Below are positions 62,133 through 63,113 of a stretch of DNA of 63,113 bases, piece by piece (within the stretch, counting starts at the first letter, position 1; every line of letters starts with the position of its first letter). The translations under genes and the position numbers were made by a program. The notes beneath the pieces were generated by a model. That model made no database searches. It was given only the letters and a program-made list of their open reading frames with translations, and was not told where the DNA came from. The DNA comes from Octopus sinensis (Eukaryota), in the NCBI RefSeq assembly GCF_006345805.1, contig NW_021834302.1, forward strand, positions 1 through 63,113, written 5' to 3'.

Positions 62133-63104
62133 GTGGAAGCACTCTGTCGGTTTCGACGACGAGGGTTCCGGTTGATCCGATCAATAGAACAGCTTGCTCG
62201 TGAAATTAACGTGTAAGTGGCTGAGCACTCCACAGACACGTGTACCCTTAACATAGTTCTCGGGGATATTCAGCGTGATACAGAGAGTGACAAGGCCGGC
62301 CCTTTGAAATACAGGTACAACAGAACAGAAGTAAGAGTGAGAGAAATTGTGGTGAAAGAGTACAGCAGGATCACCACCACCCCTGCCGGAGACTCGTGGA
62401 GCTTTAGGTGTTTTCGCTCAATAAACACTCACTCACACTCACAACGCCCGGTCTGGGAATCAAACAAAACCGCGATCCTATGACCGCGAGTCCACTGCCC
62501 TAACCACTGGGCCATTGCGCCTCCACAAATTGTGAGATATTGAGGGTTGATAAAAGAAAAGCTAGCAGTCATATGCTGGAGTTTATGTAATCAACTTGAC
62601 ACACACACCCACTCAAAATTGCTGGCGATGTCCCAAACTTAGAGAGAATTATCATTATTATTACATTACTCTCCCTTTCCACTCTTCTAGTCCCACACAA
62701 TCCATATGTGCATTCAAGATTGTATTCCAGTCGCTCACTAGCACTAAATTGTGAAATATTGAGGGTTGATAAAAGAAAAGCTAGCAGTCATATGCTGGAG
62801 TTTATGTAATCAACTTGACACACACGCCCACTCAAAATTGCTGGCCATGTCCCAAACTTAGAGAGAATTATCATTATTATTACATTACTCTCCCTTTCCA
62901 CTCTTCTAGTCCCACACAATCCATATGTGCATTCAAGATTGTATTCCAGTCGCTCACTAGCACTAAATTGTGAAATATTGAGGGTTGATAAAAGAAAAGC
63001 TAGCAGTCATATGCTGGAGTTTATGTAATCAACTTGACACACACACCCACTCAAAATTGCTGGCCAAGTCCCAAACTTAGAGAGAATTATCATTATTATT
63101 ACAT
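62042..63104. repeat. 219-bp tandem repeat, three copies (the first split by the SINE)
   Basis: tactctcccttt at about 62042, 62667 and 62886; the unit is a Tx1 fragment plus a degenerate SINE-C fragment. Confidence 0.9.
62133..62526 (-). mobile_element. SINE-B, tail type 2, with 12-bp TSD
   Basis: aaattgtgagat at 62121-62132 and 62527-62538. Confidence 0.92.
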
Positions 63105-63113
63105 TACACTTTC

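Overview
AT-rich eukaryotic DNA made almost entirely of repeats. It is most likely octopus (cephalopod) intronic or intergenic sequence; this is inferred from the SINE repertoire and microsatellite load, not from a search. No intact protein-coding gene is recognisable, and nearly all long ORFs in the track come from microsatellites or minisatellites. The window holds four tRNA-headed SINE groups, labelled here A, B (with three alternative tails), C and E. It also has many 5'-truncated RTE-LINE 3' ends and relics of CR1, Tx1-like and Penelope-like (GIY-YIG) retroelements. DNA elements include a DD37D/maT-like transposase relic, mariner-, hAT- and piggyBac-type MITEs, non-autonomous Helitrons and several foldback hairpins. 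Four observations stand out. (1) The RTE 3' UTR carries a TAAAAAGCACC-anchored module that has expanded independently into 26-, 62-, 67- and 114-bp tandem arrays. (2) Degenerate minimal hammerhead-ribozyme folds sit in Penelope-like termini. (3) A head-to-tail Helitron pair contains a first-exon-like insert. (4) Nested insertions and local duplications give a readable order of events. A few short candidate exons on each strand are listed at low confidence. Several stretches look like unpolished long-read sequence.
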